Source: an uncultured Sphingobium sp. | GTDB lineage: Bacteria; Pseudomonadota; Alphaproteobacteria; Sphingomonadales; Sphingomonadaceae | Assembly (NCBI GenBank): GCA_964250175.1 | Contig: CAXUEQ010000003.1 | Span: 7,102 to 71,101, forward strand | Reading direction: 5' to 3' | Length of the DNA stretch: 64,000 nucleotides | In this document: positions 46,837 to 57,725 of the stretch, in pieces | Layout: each line of letters opens with the position of its first letter | Position numbering within the stretch: the stretch's first letter is position 1 | Notes under the pieces: generated by a model | The model's input: the letters and a program-made list of their open reading frames with translations, nothing else | Told to the model about the DNA's origin: nothing | Database searches by the model: none | Program-made: the position numbers and the translations under genes

Positions 46837-48963
46837 CTACATGCCGGCGTGCGCCAGCGCGGCAAGCAGCAGCAGCGCAACGATGTTGGTGATCTTGATC
46901 ATCGGATTGACCGCAGGACCGGCGGTATCCTTGTAGGGATCGCCGACCGTATCACCGGTCACGGCGGCCTTGTGGGCGTCGCTGCCCTTCCCGCCATGAT
47001 GGCCGTCCTCGATATATTTCTTCGCATTGTCCCATGCGCCGCCGCCCGAGGTCATCGAGATGGCGACGAACAGGCCAGAGACGATGACGCCAAGCAGCAG
47101 GGCGCCCAGCGCCGAAAAGGCGTTGGACACGCCGCCGACCTGCGCGATGATGAAATAGACCGCGATCGGCGCGAGCACCGGCAGCAGGCTGGGGACCACC
47201 ATTTCCTTGATCGCCGCCTTTGTCACCAGATCGACGGTGCGCGCATAATCGGGCTTCGACGTGCCGTCCATGATGCCCTTATTCTCCGCGAACTGCGCGC
47301 GTACATCCTTCACCACGTCGCCCGCCGCGCGGCCGACCGCCGTCATGCCCATCGCGCCGAACAGATAGGGAAGCAGCGCACCCAGCAGCAGCCCGACGAT
47401 GACATAGGGGTTGGAAAGCGAAAAGTCGGGCTGGTCGGTGAGGCCAAGTTGCGTGGCATAATGTTTGAGGTCTTCGGTATAGGCGCCGAACAGGACGAGC
47501 GCGGCGAGACCGGCCGAACCGATCGCATAGCCCTTCGTCACCGCCTTGGTCGTGTTGCCGACCGCGTCGAGCGCGTCGGTGCGGACGCGGACATCCTCCT
47601 CCATCCCCGCCATTTCGGCGATGCCGCCGGCATTGTCAGTGACCGGACCATAAGCGTCGAGCGCGACGACCATGCCGGCCAGCGCCAGCATCGCGGTGGC
47701 GGCGAAGGCGATGCCGATGATCCCCGCCAGCTTGAAGGCGACGATGATGCCGACGCAAATCACCAGCGTCGGCAGCGCGGTCGATTCCAGGCTGATGGCA
47801 AGGCCCTGGATGACGTTGGTGCCATGGCCGGTCTCCGACGCGCGGGCGATGCTGCGCACCGGGCGGTAGTTTGTGCCGGTATAATATTCGGTGATCATCA
47901 CCAGCAGCGCGGTGACGCCAAGGCCCACCATCATCGACCAGAAGAGCGCGATGCCGGTATAGCCGCCGGTGCCGTCAAGATCCGCGCCGAACACCGCGTT
48001 CAGGTCGCCCAGCACATAGCGGGTGGCGGCGTAGATCGCGCCGATCGACAGGATCGCGGTCAGCCAGAAGCCCTTGTAGAGCGCGCCCATGATCGAGTTG
48101 CTGCTGCCCAGCCGCACCGCATAGGTGCCGATGATCGAGGTGATGATGCACACGCCGCCGACCAGCAGCGGCAGCGACATGAGCTGCATCAGTTCGACAT
48201 TGCCGACGCCCTTTATCAGCAAGGCGATCAGCACCATCGTCGCGCCGACCGTCACCACGTAGGTTTCGAACAGGTCGGCAGCCATGCCCGCGCAATCGCC
48301 GACATTGTCCCCGACATTGTCGGCGATGACGGCGGGGTTGCGGGGATCGTCCTCCGGGATGCCCGCCTCGACCTTGCCCACCAGATCCGCGCCGACATCG
48401 GCGGCCTTGGTGAAGATGCCGCCGCCCAGCCGCGCGAAGATGGAGATGAGGCTGGCGCCGAAGGCCAGCGCGACGAGGCTGTCGATAACCAGCCGGTCGT
48501 CGGGCGCATGGCCGGCGACGCTGGTCAGATACCAGAAGAAGACCGCGATCGCGAGCAGGGCGAGGCCCGCCACCAGCATCCCGGTGATCGCGCCCGCGCG
48601 GAAGGCGACGGTGAGGCCCTGTTGCAGGCCGGTCCGCGCCGCCTCCGCCGTGCGGACATTCGCGCGGACCGATATGTTCATGCCGATGAACCCGGCAGCG
48701 CCCGAAAGGATCGCGCCGATGAGGAAACCGATCGCGGACGTCGCGCCGAGAAAGACGAAGACAAGGATCGCGACGATCACGCCGACGATGGCGATGGTGC
48801 GATATTGGCGGGCGAGATAGGCCCTTGCCCCCTCCTGGATGGCGGCGGCGATTTCCACCATGCGGGCGTTGCCCGGCGAGGCGCGGAGCACCTGTTGCGA
48901 TGTGAACAGGCCGTAGAGTATCGCGATGATACCGCACCCTATGGCGATGGCGACTATTGTCAT
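46837..48963 (-). CDS. hppA: Membrane H+-translocating pyrophosphatase (K+-independent signature)
   Basis: [26 protein letters not shown] (Lys), [10 protein letters not shown]. Confidence 0.95.
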   Translation of the reverse strand: MTIVAIAIGCGIIAILYGLFTSQQVLRASPGNARMVEIAAAIQEGARAYLARQYRTIAIVGVIVAILVFVFLGATSAIGFLIGAILSGAAGFIGMNISVRANVRTAEAARTGLQQGLTVAFRAGAITGMLVAGLALLAIAVFFWYLTSVAGHAPDDRLVIDSLVALAFGASLISIFARLGGGIFTKAADVGADLVGKVEAGIPEDDPRNPAVIADNVGDNVGDCAGMAADLFETYVVTVGATMVLIALLIKGVGNVELMQLMSLPLLVGGVCIITSIIGTYAVRLGSSNSIMGALYKGFWLTAILSIGAIYAATRYVLGDLNAVFGADLDGTGGYTGIALFWSMMVGLGVTALLVMITEYYTGTNYRPVRSIARASETGHGTNVIQGLAISLESTALPTLVICVGIIVAFKLAGIIGIAFAATAMLALAGMVVALDAYGPVTDNAGGIAEMAGMEEDVRVRTDALDAVGNTTKAVTKGYAIGSAGLAALVLFGAYTEDLKHYATQLGLTDQPDFSLSNPYVIVGLLLGALLPYLFGAMGMTAVGRAAGDVVKDVRAQFAENKGIMDGTSKPDYARTVDLVTKAAIKEMVVPSLLPVLAPIAVYFIIAQVGGVSNAFSALGALLLGVIVSGLFVAISMTSGGGAWDNAKKYIEDGHHGGKGSDAHKAAVTGDTVGDPYKDTAGPAVNPMIKITNIVALLLLAALAHAGM

Positions 48964-49200
48964 TGGCTATCCTCTCCCCTTGTTGTTGTCTTCAGGTCAT
49001 GGCTGCTCCGCAGGGAAACGGGCGGCATGATGTGACAGGAAACGAAGCATGCAGAAGCGAGCGGGCCGGGGATGACGCGTCCGGTCGCTCGGGGATGCTC
49101 GGCAATCGGCGGCGCATGGTCATGCAGCGGTCCTGATCGGCAAGTCCTGTGGATGTGAGGCGGAGACTATCGCGGCGGGGCGAGAGGTCAAGCCCGTTGC

Positions 49201-50121
49201 TCAGTGCTGATAGCCAAGCCGGCGCGGCAGCCGTTGCGGTGCACCGTCGAGAATCAGCGAGAGGCCCTCACCCCGCTTCGCCGGGGCGCGGAGCCAGCCG
49301 ACCGGGATCAGCGGCACCGGGCCGGACCAGGCATCGGGGGCGGCGATCAGCAGTTCATAATCGTCGCCCGCGGTCGCGGCGTCGCGGCGCGCGGCCGGGC
49401 CGTGAAGCGCCAGCAGCGTTTCGGAGAGCGGCACATGGTCGATCACCACCGACAGTCCGCTCGCGAGGCCCAGACGCTGAGCATCGAGCAGCAGCCCATC
49501 CGATATGTCCATCATCGCATGGACATGGGGGGCGAGCAGCAATCCCTCGGCAAGGCGCGGCCGGGGGCGGCGATAGGCGTCGATCAGGGCGGCGGGTCCG
49601 GTCTGACCGGACCGCAGCAGCGCGAGGCCGGCGCCGCTGTCGCCGACCGGGCCGGTGACATAGAGACGGTCGCCTTGCCTGCCGCCGCTGCGCGCGGGGA
49701 CGTCGCCCGGTCCGGCCTCGCCGATCGCGGTAAGCGTGAAGCTGCGCGCGCTTGCCCCGGGCATCGCCACGGTGTCGCCGCCGATCAGCGGCATGGCGTA
49801 GGCGTCGAGCGCGGCGCGCAGCCCGTCCAGGAAAGCCGTGTCCCATGCGGGATCACCGGACAGGGCATAGTTCATCAGCGCGGCGCGCGGGGTCGCGCCC
49901 TTGGCCGCGAGGTCCGAGAGGTTCACCGCCGCGAGCTTCCAGCCGATGCTGTCGGGGGGATCGGCGGGGAGAAAATGCACGCCCTCGACCAGCGTGTCGC
50001 TGGTGAGGACGAGGCGGGTGTTGCCGATTTCGAGGATGGCGGCGTCGTCGGCAAGGCCGCGCGCGGCGGGGTGGGACGCCATGGCGCGCAGGAGGGTGAG
50101 AAAGTGGGATTCAGCGGACAT
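49201..50121 (-). CDS. thiL: Thiamine-phosphate kinase
   Basis: DDAA, EGVHF, NLSDLAAKGA, GGDT, DISDGL, GDDYEL. Confidence 0.93.
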   Translation of the reverse strand: MSAESHFLTLLRAMASHPAARGLADDAAILEIGNTRLVLTSDTLVEGVHFLPADPPDSIGWKLAAVNLSDLAAKGATPRAALMNYALSGDPAWDTAFLDGLRAALDAYAMPLIGGDTVAMPGASARSFTLTAIGEAGPGDVPARSGGRQGDRLYVTGPVGDSGAGLALLRSGQTGPAALIDAYRRPRPRLAEGLLLAPHVHAMMDISDGLLLDAQRLGLASGLSVVIDHVPLSETLLALHGPAARRDAATAGDDYELLIAAPDAWSGPVPLIPVGWLRAPAKRGEGLSLILDGAPQRLPRRLGYQH

Positions 50122-50169
50122 GGCTTAGCCCCTCCCCCCATCCAGGGGAGGGCTTAAGCAGGGATTCGT

Positions 50170-50616
50170 TCAATTACGCGTCACTTTCGCCACCGCGTCC
50201 AGCAGGCCGTTGACGAAACCGGCCTCGCGGCGGTCGTAGAAGGCGTGGGCGACGTCGACATATTCGCTGATGACGCTGGCGGTCGGCACGTCGATGCGGG
50301 CGAGCAGTTCGTAGGTTCCGGCGCGCAGGATCTGGCGCATCGGCTTGTCGAGCCGTTCGAGGCTCCAGCCGGCCGACAGCTTGCTTGCGACCAGCGCGTC
50401 GATCTCGTCCGAACGGGCGTCGACGCCGCTGACGATATCGTCGAAGAAAGGCTCTTCCGCGGCGGTATAGGTCACGTCCTCGATCGTCGCGCCCAGCCGG
50501 TGCTGATGAAATTCGTGGAGCAGCATCGGGATCGGCGTGCCTTCCATCTCGCGCTGATAGAGGGCCTGCACAGCGGCAAGGCGCGCGGCGGATCGGGATT
50601 TGGAGCGGTCGTTCAT
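50170..50616 (-). CDS. nusB: Transcription antitermination factor NusB
   Basis: RSAARLAAVQALYQ, W...RL, VISEYV, FVNGLLD. Confidence 0.95.
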   Translation of the reverse strand: MNDRSKSRSAARLAAVQALYQREMEGTPIPMLLHEFHQHRLGATIEDVTYTAAEEPFFDDIVSGVDARSDEIDALVASKLSAGWSLERLDKPMRQILRAGTYELLARIDVPTASVISEYVDVAHAFYDRREAGFVNGLLDAVAKVTRN

Positions 50617-51932
50617 GGGGCGGTCCCTACTCCGTTCGACACCTGGGTCAACCGACGCGCCACCGAAGAGGCATGGGCGGGCAACCCTTCCGCATGGGCC
50701 AGAGCCACCGCCGCAGGGCCGATCGCGGCGAGCGCCGCCTGGTCGAGTGACAGGAAACTGGTGCGTTTCATGAAGTCGAGCACCGAGAGGCCGGAGGAGA
50801 AGCGCGCGCGGCGACCGGTGGGCAGGACATGGTTGGGACCGGCGACATAATCGCCGACCGCCTCGGGCGTCATGCGGCCCAGGAAGATCGAGCCGGCATG
50901 GCGGACGCGCGCGAACAGCGGTTCGGGATCGGCGACGGCGAGTTCGAGATGTTCGGGCGCGAGCGCGTCGACCAGCGGCAGCGCGGCGTCGAGCGAAGGC
51001 ACGAGAATGATCGCGCCATGGGCGTCCCAACTGGCGCGGGCGACCGCGCTGGTGGAAAGCGTGGGGATCTGCCGCTCGACAGCCGCCGCCACCGCATCGG
51101 CGAAGGCGGCGGCGTCGGTGATCAGGATCGACTGGCTGGTCGGGTCATGTTCGGACTGGCTGAGCAGATCGGCGGCGGTCCATTCGGGGTCGTTCCGCCC
51201 GTCGGCGACGACGACGATTTCCGACGGGCCGGCGACCATGTCGATGCCGACGACGCCGTAAAGCTGGCGCTTGGCCTCCGCGACCCAGGCGTTGCCGGGA
51301 CCGACGATGACGTCGACGGGCGCGATTTTCTGTGTGCCATAGGCGAGCGCGGCGACCGCCTGCGCGCCGCCGACGCGCCAGATTTCCTCGATGCCGGCAA
51401 TCTCTGCGGCGGCCAGGACCATCGGGTTGATCGCGCCATCGGGAGTCGGAGTGACCATGGCGATACGCCGGACGCCCGCGACCTTCGCGGGGATGACGTT
51501 CATCAGCAGCGAGCTGGGATAGGCGGCGCGACCGCCGGGGACGTAAAGCCCCGCCGCATCGACCGCGTTCCAGCGCGCGCCGAGGCGCACCCCCGCGCCG
51601 TCGATGCTGTCGCTGTCCTGCGGGCGCTGTTTCTCGTGATAGGCGGCGATGCGCGCGGCGGCGAGTTCGAGCGCATCGCGCAATTCGGTCGAGATGCCGG
51701 CGAGCGCGGACTTGCGTTCGGCGGCGGTGACTGACCAGCCGCTTGTTTCGAGATCGTGACGATCGAAGCGCCGCGTATAGTCGGCGAGCGCCAGGTCGCC
51801 CTCGGCACGGACGCGCCGGAGGATGGCGGTCACGTCGCGCGAGACGTCTGCGTCGGCTTCGCGGCGGGCATCGACGAGGCGGGCGAAGGCGGCGGCGAAG
51901 CCGGGGTCGCGGGCGTCCAGCCTAAGCGGCAT
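50613..51932 (-). CDS. hisD: Histidinol dehydrogenase
   Basis: GLYVPGG, GGAQA, GPGN, DM.AGPSE, QSEHD, APEHL, NHVLPT. Confidence 0.96.
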   Translation of the reverse strand: MPLRLDARDPGFAAAFARLVDARREADADVSRDVTAILRRVRAEGDLALADYTRRFDRHDLETSGWSVTAAERKSALAGISTELRDALELAAARIAAYHEKQRPQDSDSIDGAGVRLGARWNAVDAAGLYVPGGRAAYPSSLLMNVIPAKVAGVRRIAMVTPTPDGAINPMVLAAAEIAGIEEIWRVGGAQAVAALAYGTQKIAPVDVIVGPGNAWVAEAKRQLYGVVGIDMVAGPSEIVVVADGRNDPEWTAADLLSQSEHDPTSQSILITDAAAFADAVAAAVERQIPTLSTSAVARASWDAHGAIILVPSLDAALPLVDALAPEHLELAVADPEPLFARVRHAGSIFLGRMTPEAVGDYVAGPNHVLPTGRRARFSSGLSVLDFMKRTSFLSLDQAALAAIGPAAVALAHAEGLPAHASSVARRLTQVSNGVGTAP

Positions 51933-52584
51933 CCCTCACCTCCACGGCGCGGCGGAACGCGTCAACCAGCGGCGCAAGCTGGGCCGAACGCATCTTGAAG
52001 GCGGCGCGGTTGACGATCAGACGGGCGCTGATCTGCATGATGACGCTGGTTTCCACCAGGCCATTGGCGCGCAGCGTGTCGCCCGACGAGACGAGATCGA
52101 CGATCCGGCGCGACAGACCGAGCGAGGGGGCAAGTTCCATCGCACCATTGAGCTTCACGCATTCAGCCTGGATGCCCTGCGCCTCATAATGTTTGCGGGT
52201 GAGGTGCGGATATTTGGTGGCGACGCGGACATGGCTGAGCCCGGCTTCATTTTCGGCGTCCAGCCCCTTCGGCTCGGCGACCGACAGGCGGCAGTGGCCG
52301 ATATTCAGATCGACCGGGGCATAAAGTTCCGAATAGTCGAATTCCTCCACCACGTCCGAGCCGACGATGCCGACCTGCGCCGCGCCATGGGCAACAAAGG
52401 TCGCGACGTCGAAGGCGCGCACGCGGATGATCGAGATATCGGGCTGATTGGTCGCGAATTTGAGCGCGCGGCTCTTGCCGTCGTGAAAGTCCGCTTCCGG
52501 CGTGATCCCGACTCTCGCAAGCAGGGGCAGCGCTTCTTCGAGAATGCGTCCTTTTGGAATGGCGATGATCAGCGTCTGGTTCAT
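51922..52584 (-). CDS. hisG: ATP phosphoribosyltransferase (short form)
   Basis: AIPKGR, VATKYP, GAMELAP, DLVSSG.TL..NGL. Confidence 0.95.
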   Translation of the reverse strand: MNQTLIIAIPKGRILEEALPLLARVGITPEADFHDGKSRALKFATNQPDISIIRVRAFDVATFVAHGAAQVGIVGSDVVEEFDYSELYAPVDLNIGHCRLSVAEPKGLDAENEAGLSHVRVATKYPHLTRKHYEAQGIQAECVKLNGAMELAPSLGLSRRIVDLVSSGDTLRANGLVETSVIMQISARLIVNRAAFKMRSAQLAPLVDAFRRAVEVRDAA

Positions 52585-52742
52585 GGCCGGGCTTTACTGG
52601 CAGCCCAGGCAAAGGGCAACCGGATGTGGGGCACGGGTTTTACTGTGCCTTCGTGCTGCAATCGCCCTTTGCTATTGACGCGAAGAAGGATTTCGATTGT
52701 CATTATCCCGACACTTGGGGGTGCCATGAAGTGGAGGAACCA

Positions 52743-52877
52743 ATGTCCGACGAAACACGCCACCTGCTCGCCTATGCGCTTCTTGCCCTGCTGATCGTCA
52801 GCGGCGCAGTGGCCATATTGTTTCAGCGCAAGCGGCTGCGCGAACGTCGGCGTTACCGCTATCGTTCCAAGGACTAG
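52743..52877 (+). CDS. Small single-TM protein
   Basis: GGAGG RBS; TM helix followed by a basic tail. Confidence 0.6.
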   Translation: MSDETRHLLAYALLALLIVSGAVAILFQRKRLRERRRYRYRSKD

Positions 52878-53007
52878 CTGGTGAGAGCATGTCTGCGGTG
52901 ACGGGATAGATCCTGTCGGCTGCAGACCGGTGCAGACTTATCTCCTGAATACAGCGATAGTTATTCCAGGACCGTCCGACATTCCGCTTACAACATAAGA
53001 GGCCTCA

Positions 53008-53031
53008 ACCCCGGCTCAAGGCCGGGGTGAC
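53008..53031. repeat. REP-like palindrome
   Basis: ACCCCGGC-TCAAG-GCCGGGGT-GAC. Confidence 0.55.
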
Positions 53032-53051
53032 GGTAAGACGTGGCCGAACGA

Positions 53052-53117
53052 AACGGGGGCGATACGGCGCCGGTAATGCCCTTTCGGGTCATCACCGACA
53101 CGCATATCGCCCCCGTT
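53052..53117. terminator. Long hairpin downstream of the TonB receptor
   Basis: AACGGGGGCGATA...TATCGCCCCCGTT. Confidence 0.5.
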
Positions 53118-53137
53118 CATTTCGATATGGTCAGGCT

Positions 53138-55636
53138 TTAAAAATAACGCTTCAAAGTCACGGCCCAGGTGCGGGGCGTGCCCGGCCCACCGCTGATGCC
53201 GTAGCTTTGCTCGATCAGCGTCCGGAAATAATATTTATTGAAGATATTCTGGACTTCGCCCGAGAGTTCCCATTCCTTTTCACCGCTCCGATAGGTCAAG
53301 CGACCGTTGGCGAGGAAATAGCTGTCAATCCTGTTCGATGGCGCATTGGTCGAGTCGGTGTAAATGCTCGACTGATAGGAGCCATCAAGACGACCGGTAA
53401 TCGATCCGGCGCCGATATCATGGTCATATTGAATGCCCGCGCTCCATTTATATTTGGGCGTGTAGGGCGTGACGTCCTTGAGCGTGACCGTGGTATAGGC
53501 AGCGTTGAAGATCTGCTTATATTTGAAGTCAAGATAGCTGAACGAGCCATCCAGCGACAGGCCGGCGACAGGATAGAATTGTCCCTCGACTTCGAAACCC
53601 TTAACATCGGCGCTGCCGATATTATTGGGCTGGAAACAAGGGAAGGACGGCGTCGTCGAAGGCGGTATCGGCGGGCAGAGCTGGTTGAGCGTCAGGATGA
53701 CGTTGGAATATTTGTTGAAGAATGCCGCCACGTTGATGCGGGCGCGACGATCGAACAGATCGCTCTTGAAGCCCACTTCATAGGTTTTCAGCGTTTCAGG
53801 TGAGAAGGGCTTGACCTGATTGTCCGGGCTGCCCGGTCCATAATAGGGATAGGGGTTGACGCCGCCGCCCTTGAAGCCGGTCGAGAATTGCGCATAGGCC
53901 AGCAATTCCTTGCTGAACCGGTAATCGACGACAGCGCGATAATCAAACCTTTTGCTCGCCGCCTTGTCCTGCGCACCGTCAAGCCCGAAAATCGCGCAAT
54001 TGGGCGCCTGATCAGGCGCGAACGGATAGCCGGGATAGCAGGGCTTGACCGCCGTGCCGTCCGGGTTGGAGCGCGCATAGCGATATTTCTTGGTATCCGT
54101 CGTGTAGCGAATGCCGCCCGTCAGGTTAAGCCCGTCGGTGACATGGAAGATAGCCTGTCCGAAAGCCGCCTTGGACTTGACGTCGATCTTGTCGGTCCCG
54201 CTCAGGAAATCAAGATAGGTATAGGCGATATCCACCCGCGCCGCCGTGGTGCTGTGCGAGTCGAAGTAAAATGCGCCGACCGTCGTTTCGAGTTTGCCGT
54301 CCAGCAGGTCGGCATTCAGCCGGAGTTCCTGGCTGAACTGCGAGTGTGACAAATTATAGCTTTGCGTCGAAAGCGGGATGGGAGAGCCATCCTCGTCGGT
54401 CGAATATTTATTCTTGTACTTCCGATAGCCGGTGATCGACTTCAGCGTCACGCCATCACCCAGCGTCCAGTCGATCGTACCCTGAAAACCATAAGCGTTG
54501 AGGTAGGATCTGGGGGTAGCCGAAAAAGGCTTGTAGGGCGATTGGGCAATGGCCGGGGACCCGTCGAGGAAATTCGAATAGGTCACATATTTGCGATTAT
54601 AGCCTTGCAACGTATCGCAGGAATTCGCTCCATAGGCGACGAACCGGCAGTCGAACGGAATGCCCTGCCCGGTGATGGTGCTCCTGACAAAGGGCGTACC
54701 CTCCGCATTGGTCGCCGGATGATTGGCAAATGTCGTAACCGCTGCCCCGGCTTCGGATTTGTCGCTGGTGTAATCGCCGGCAACATTGACTTCTATATCC
54801 GGGGAGGCGAGCCACCGCAGGGCGACACGACCGGTGGTGTAGGACTGACCGCCCAACGTGCCGAGCTTGCCGTTGGTCGAGGAGGTATCGGTCGGAACAC
54901 CCGAACCCGGATGGGTCTTTCCATAATCCAGGCGGGTAATATAGCCGTCCTGACTTTTGGAAGCGCCGGAAAAGCGGACGAACAATTTGTCAGGAACGAT
55001 CGCGAAATCGCCGGAACCACGAAACTCGGTCCGGTTGAAGGACCCGTAGGTCGCCTGGATGGAGCCGCTTCCGTCGCCCATCGGCTTTTTCGTATAGAGC
55101 TTGATGGCGCCGCCGATCGAATTCTTCCCGGCGAGCGTTCCCTGCGGACCGCGCAGCACCTCGACCCGGTCGAGGTCCATCAGGTCGAGCAAGGAGCCGA
55201 TCAGCGTCGAATAATAGACATCATCGACATAGGTGCCGACACCCGGCTCAAGCGCATAGGAAGTATCATACTGACCGATGCCGCGGATGAAAGCGACCAT
55301 GCCCGAACCATAGGACTGGCCCGCCGGCTCGAGGGTCACGTTCGGCGCGTTCGCGGCGATCTGGTAGATGCTCGTCTGGCCGCGCTGCTCCAGCATCTCG
55401 GCATTGACGGCGGTAATCGCGACCGGCGCATCCTGCAGCCGCTGGGATCGGAACTGCGCGGTGACGACGATGTCGGCGGTGCGATCATCCGTATTCTCGG
55501 AACTTTGAGCCGCGGCCGTCGCGGTGGTCGTAGCGCCCTGACCCTGGGCCGGCTGCGATGCCTGCGCATAAGCCGGGGATGCCATGGCTATAGCCAGCAC
55601 CGCGGAAGAAGCGGACAGATAGGATAATGATTTCAT
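53138..55636 (-). CDS. TonB-dependent receptor
   Basis: DIVVTA; DRVEVLRGPQGTL.GKN; C-terminal Phe. Confidence 0.95.
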   Translation of the reverse strand: MKSLSYLSASSAVLAIAMASPAYAQASQPAQGQGATTTATAAAQSSENTDDRTADIVVTAQFRSQRLQDAPVAITAVNAEMLEQRGQTSIYQIAANAPNVTLEPAGQSYGSGMVAFIRGIGQYDTSYALEPGVGTYVDDVYYSTLIGSLLDLMDLDRVEVLRGPQGTLAGKNSIGGAIKLYTKKPMGDGSGSIQATYGSFNRTEFRGSGDFAIVPDKLFVRFSGASKSQDGYITRLDYGKTHPGSGVPTDTSSTNGKLGTLGGQSYTTGRVALRWLASPDIEVNVAGDYTSDKSEAGAAVTTFANHPATNAEGTPFVRSTITGQGIPFDCRFVAYGANSCDTLQGYNRKYVTYSNFLDGSPAIAQSPYKPFSATPRSYLNAYGFQGTIDWTLGDGVTLKSITGYRKYKNKYSTDEDGSPIPLSTQSYNLSHSQFSQELRLNADLLDGKLETTVGAFYFDSHSTTAARVDIAYTYLDFLSGTDKIDVKSKAAFGQAIFHVTDGLNLTGGIRYTTDTKKYRYARSNPDGTAVKPCYPGYPFAPDQAPNCAIFGLDGAQDKAASKRFDYRAVVDYRFSKELLAYAQFSTGFKGGGVNPYPYYGPGSPDNQVKPFSPETLKTYEVGFKSDLFDRRARINVAAFFNKYSNVILTLNQLCPPIPPSTTPSFPCFQPNNIGSADVKGFEVEGQFYPVAGLSLDGSFSYLDFKYKQIFNAAYTTVTLKDVTPYTPKYKWSAGIQYDHDIGAGSITGRLDGSYQSSIYTDSTNAPSNRIDSYFLANGRLTYRSGEKEWELSGEVQNIFNKYYFRTLIEQSYGISGGPGTPRTWAVTLKRYF

Positions 55637-55890
55637 ACGTCCTCCCTTTTCAATCGACGCCATTTTGGTCGCCAAAAGACAATATTCTTCTAATAACAGT
55701 CATTCTTTTAGCATCTGGAATTTGCACCAGCTTGCACGACTGCGACAGATGGTTTGTCTCTGCAGGACGCTACAAATGATCCGCCACGCCGCAAAATGAA
55801 TTCGTGCCTAGGGTGACGAAAAATGCCGTGACGGGATGGGGATTTGCCCGGTATCACAAGCGTTTGGAAAAGCGGCAGGATCGACGCAAC

Positions 55891-57129
55891 ATGCACAGTG
55901 CAATCATTCTTGGCGCTGGAATGGTAGGCGTTTCCACCGCGCTGAACCTGCGCGAAAGGGGCTGGGACGTTGCCCTGGTCGATCGCCGTGGCGTCGGCCT
56001 GGAAACCAGTTTCGGCAATGCCGGGATCATCCAGGCGGACATGCCGGAACCATCGGCGATGCCCAGGGAGTTTGGACGACTGATGGCGATCGCTACGGGG
56101 CGATCCAACGACATACGCTATCGCCTGCGTGCGTTGCCAAGCCACGCCGCCGCGCTCGCGCATTATTGGTGGCATTCGCAACCGCGCCGGCACCGTCGCC
56201 TGTCGCAAACCTATGCCGGGCTGGTCGCCGTCGCAAAGAGCGAGCATCAGCGATGGATAAGCGCTGCGGGCGCGGAAGATTTCATCCGGCGTGACGGCTA
56301 CCGCGTGATGTTCCGCAGCGCGCGCACCCTTGACGGCGCGATAGAGGCAGCGGCGCGGATCGAGCATGAATATGGACTTCCCTTCCGGTTCTTGTCGGGC
56401 AGCGACCTGGCCGTGGCAGAACCGACGCTCCGCGAGTCCGGGACGGGGGCGATACAATATCTGAGTGCCTGGACCGTGAACGACCCCGGCGGACTGGCCG
56501 CAGCCTATGGCGACGCGCTGGTCCGTGGCGGTGGATCGGTTGTTGACGGGGATGCGCGTCAGGTTCGGCGGACGGCTTCAGGCTGGTCGATCGATACCGC
56601 GCGGGGCAGGATCGAGGCCGAACATCTCGTGGTCGCGCTCGGGCCATGGTCGCCCGAATTTCTGACACGGTTCGGCGGCCGGGTCCGCATGATCCCGAAG
56701 CGCGGCTATCATACGCATATCGTCGGCCCGTCGCCGCTCGATCTCCTGCTGGTCGATGCCGATCGCGGCTATCTGATGGCGCCGATGGCGCAGGGCCTGC
56801 GCATCACCACAGGCGTCCATATCGCCGCGCTGGACGCGCCGGCCGATCTGCGCCAGCTTGAAACGGCGGAGACGGCGGCACGGGGGCTGCTCGGACTCGA
56901 AGAGCGCCAGCGAACGGCGACCTGGATGGGAACGCGGCCGTTCCTGCCGGGCATGCTTCCGGTGATCGGGAAGTCAGGACGCGACGCGAAGTTGTGGCTG
57001 AATTTCGGCCATGGCCATCAGGGGCTGACCATCGGCCCGTCGACGGGCCGGTTGCTGGCCGAGCTGATGCAGGGCGAACAGCCTTTTGTCGATCATGCCC
57101 CATTCTTGCCATCCCGGCACGGCCTGTAA
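55891..57129 (+). CDS. FAD-dependent D-amino acid dehydrogenase (DadA-like)
   Basis: GAGMVG, ETSFGNAG, KRGYH, W.G.RP, FGHGH.G.T. Confidence 0.88.
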   Translation: MHSAIILGAGMVGVSTALNLRERGWDVALVDRRGVGLETSFGNAGIIQADMPEPSAMPREFGRLMAIATGRSNDIRYRLRALPSHAAALAHYWWHSQPRRHRRLSQTYAGLVAVAKSEHQRWISAAGAEDFIRRDGYRVMFRSARTLDGAIEAAARIEHEYGLPFRFLSGSDLAVAEPTLRESGTGAIQYLSAWTVNDPGGLAAAYGDALVRGGGSVVDGDARQVRRTASGWSIDTARGRIEAEHLVVALGPWSPEFLTRFGGRVRMIPKRGYHTHIVGPSPLDLLLVDADRGYLMAPMAQGLRITTGVHIAALDAPADLRQLETAETAARGLLGLEERQRTATWMGTRPFLPGMLPVIGKSGRDAKLWLNFGHGHQGLTIGPSTGRLLAELMQGEQPFVDHAPFLPSRHGL

Positions 57130-57133
57130 GGCG

Positions 57134-57172
57134 GATCGGCATTCGGTCCGTCACCTGAACCGGATGCCGATC
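57134..57172. terminator. Hairpin between convergent genes
   Basis: GATCGGCATTCGGT...ACCGGATGCCGATC. Confidence 0.65.
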
Positions 57173-57182
57173 GGTTCACCCG

Positions 57183-57674
57183 TCAATTCGAATAGGGGTC
57201 CCAATGCTCGACCGCCTTGCCGTCCTTGATGCGCCACAGGTCGAACCCCGCCGTGGCGTATTTTTTCGACCGGTCCCGCGGATCGTTGATCTCATAAGGA
57301 TAGACCACCAGGACCAGGTCCCGTTCCGCCATGACGGCGACGATTTCGCTCTTCATCTTTTCAGGAATCGGGATCGGCTTTGATTTCAGCACTTCAGTGA
57401 AGAATTTGACCACGGCCTCCCGTCCCGACTTCGCCTGCGGGCTGTGCTGGAGATAATCGTCGGAGATATATTTGTCGGCCAGCTCCCAATGCCCGGCTTC
57501 CTCCAAATCCTTGACGATATGATAGGCCACCTGCTTGTTGGCGTGGAGCTGCGGGTCGGGGCTGGTGAACAGCGCATCCGGGTTTTCCACGCCGACGACG
57601 GGAATCTGGGCCGTGGCGGGCACGGCGGCGAGCGCAAGCGTGGCGAGCAGGGCCAGGCGCGGATAAGTCAACAT
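57183..57674 (-). CDS. Exported SnoaL/NTF2-like protein
   Basis: Signal peptide; YLQHSP...GR; FDLWRI.DGK..EHWD. Confidence 0.85.
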   Translation of the reverse strand: MLTYPRLALLATLALAAVPATAQIPVVGVENPDALFTSPDPQLHANKQVAYHIVKDLEEAGHWELADKYISDDYLQHSPQAKSGREAVVKFFTEVLKSKPIPIPEKMKSEIVAVMAERDLVLVVYPYEINDPRDRSKKYATAGFDLWRIKDGKAVEHWDPYSN

Positions 57675-57725
57675 CGATAATCTCCCGTTGAGGTCATGTG
57701 GGTTGGCGTTGGTCACGCCGGCAAG

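Noticed and set aside
1027-49035. Long antisense/alternate-frame ORFs (e.g. 1027-2472, 2130-3779, 9381-11207, 45101-46936, 46849-49035)
   Set aside because: Shadows of well-supported genes, expected from high-GC codon bias; no recognisable motifs.
50128-50153. CCCTCCCC/GGGGAGGG hairpin between nusB and thiL as a thiamine riboswitch
   Set aside because: Too short and lacks TPP aptamer motifs; likely an interspersed palindrome.
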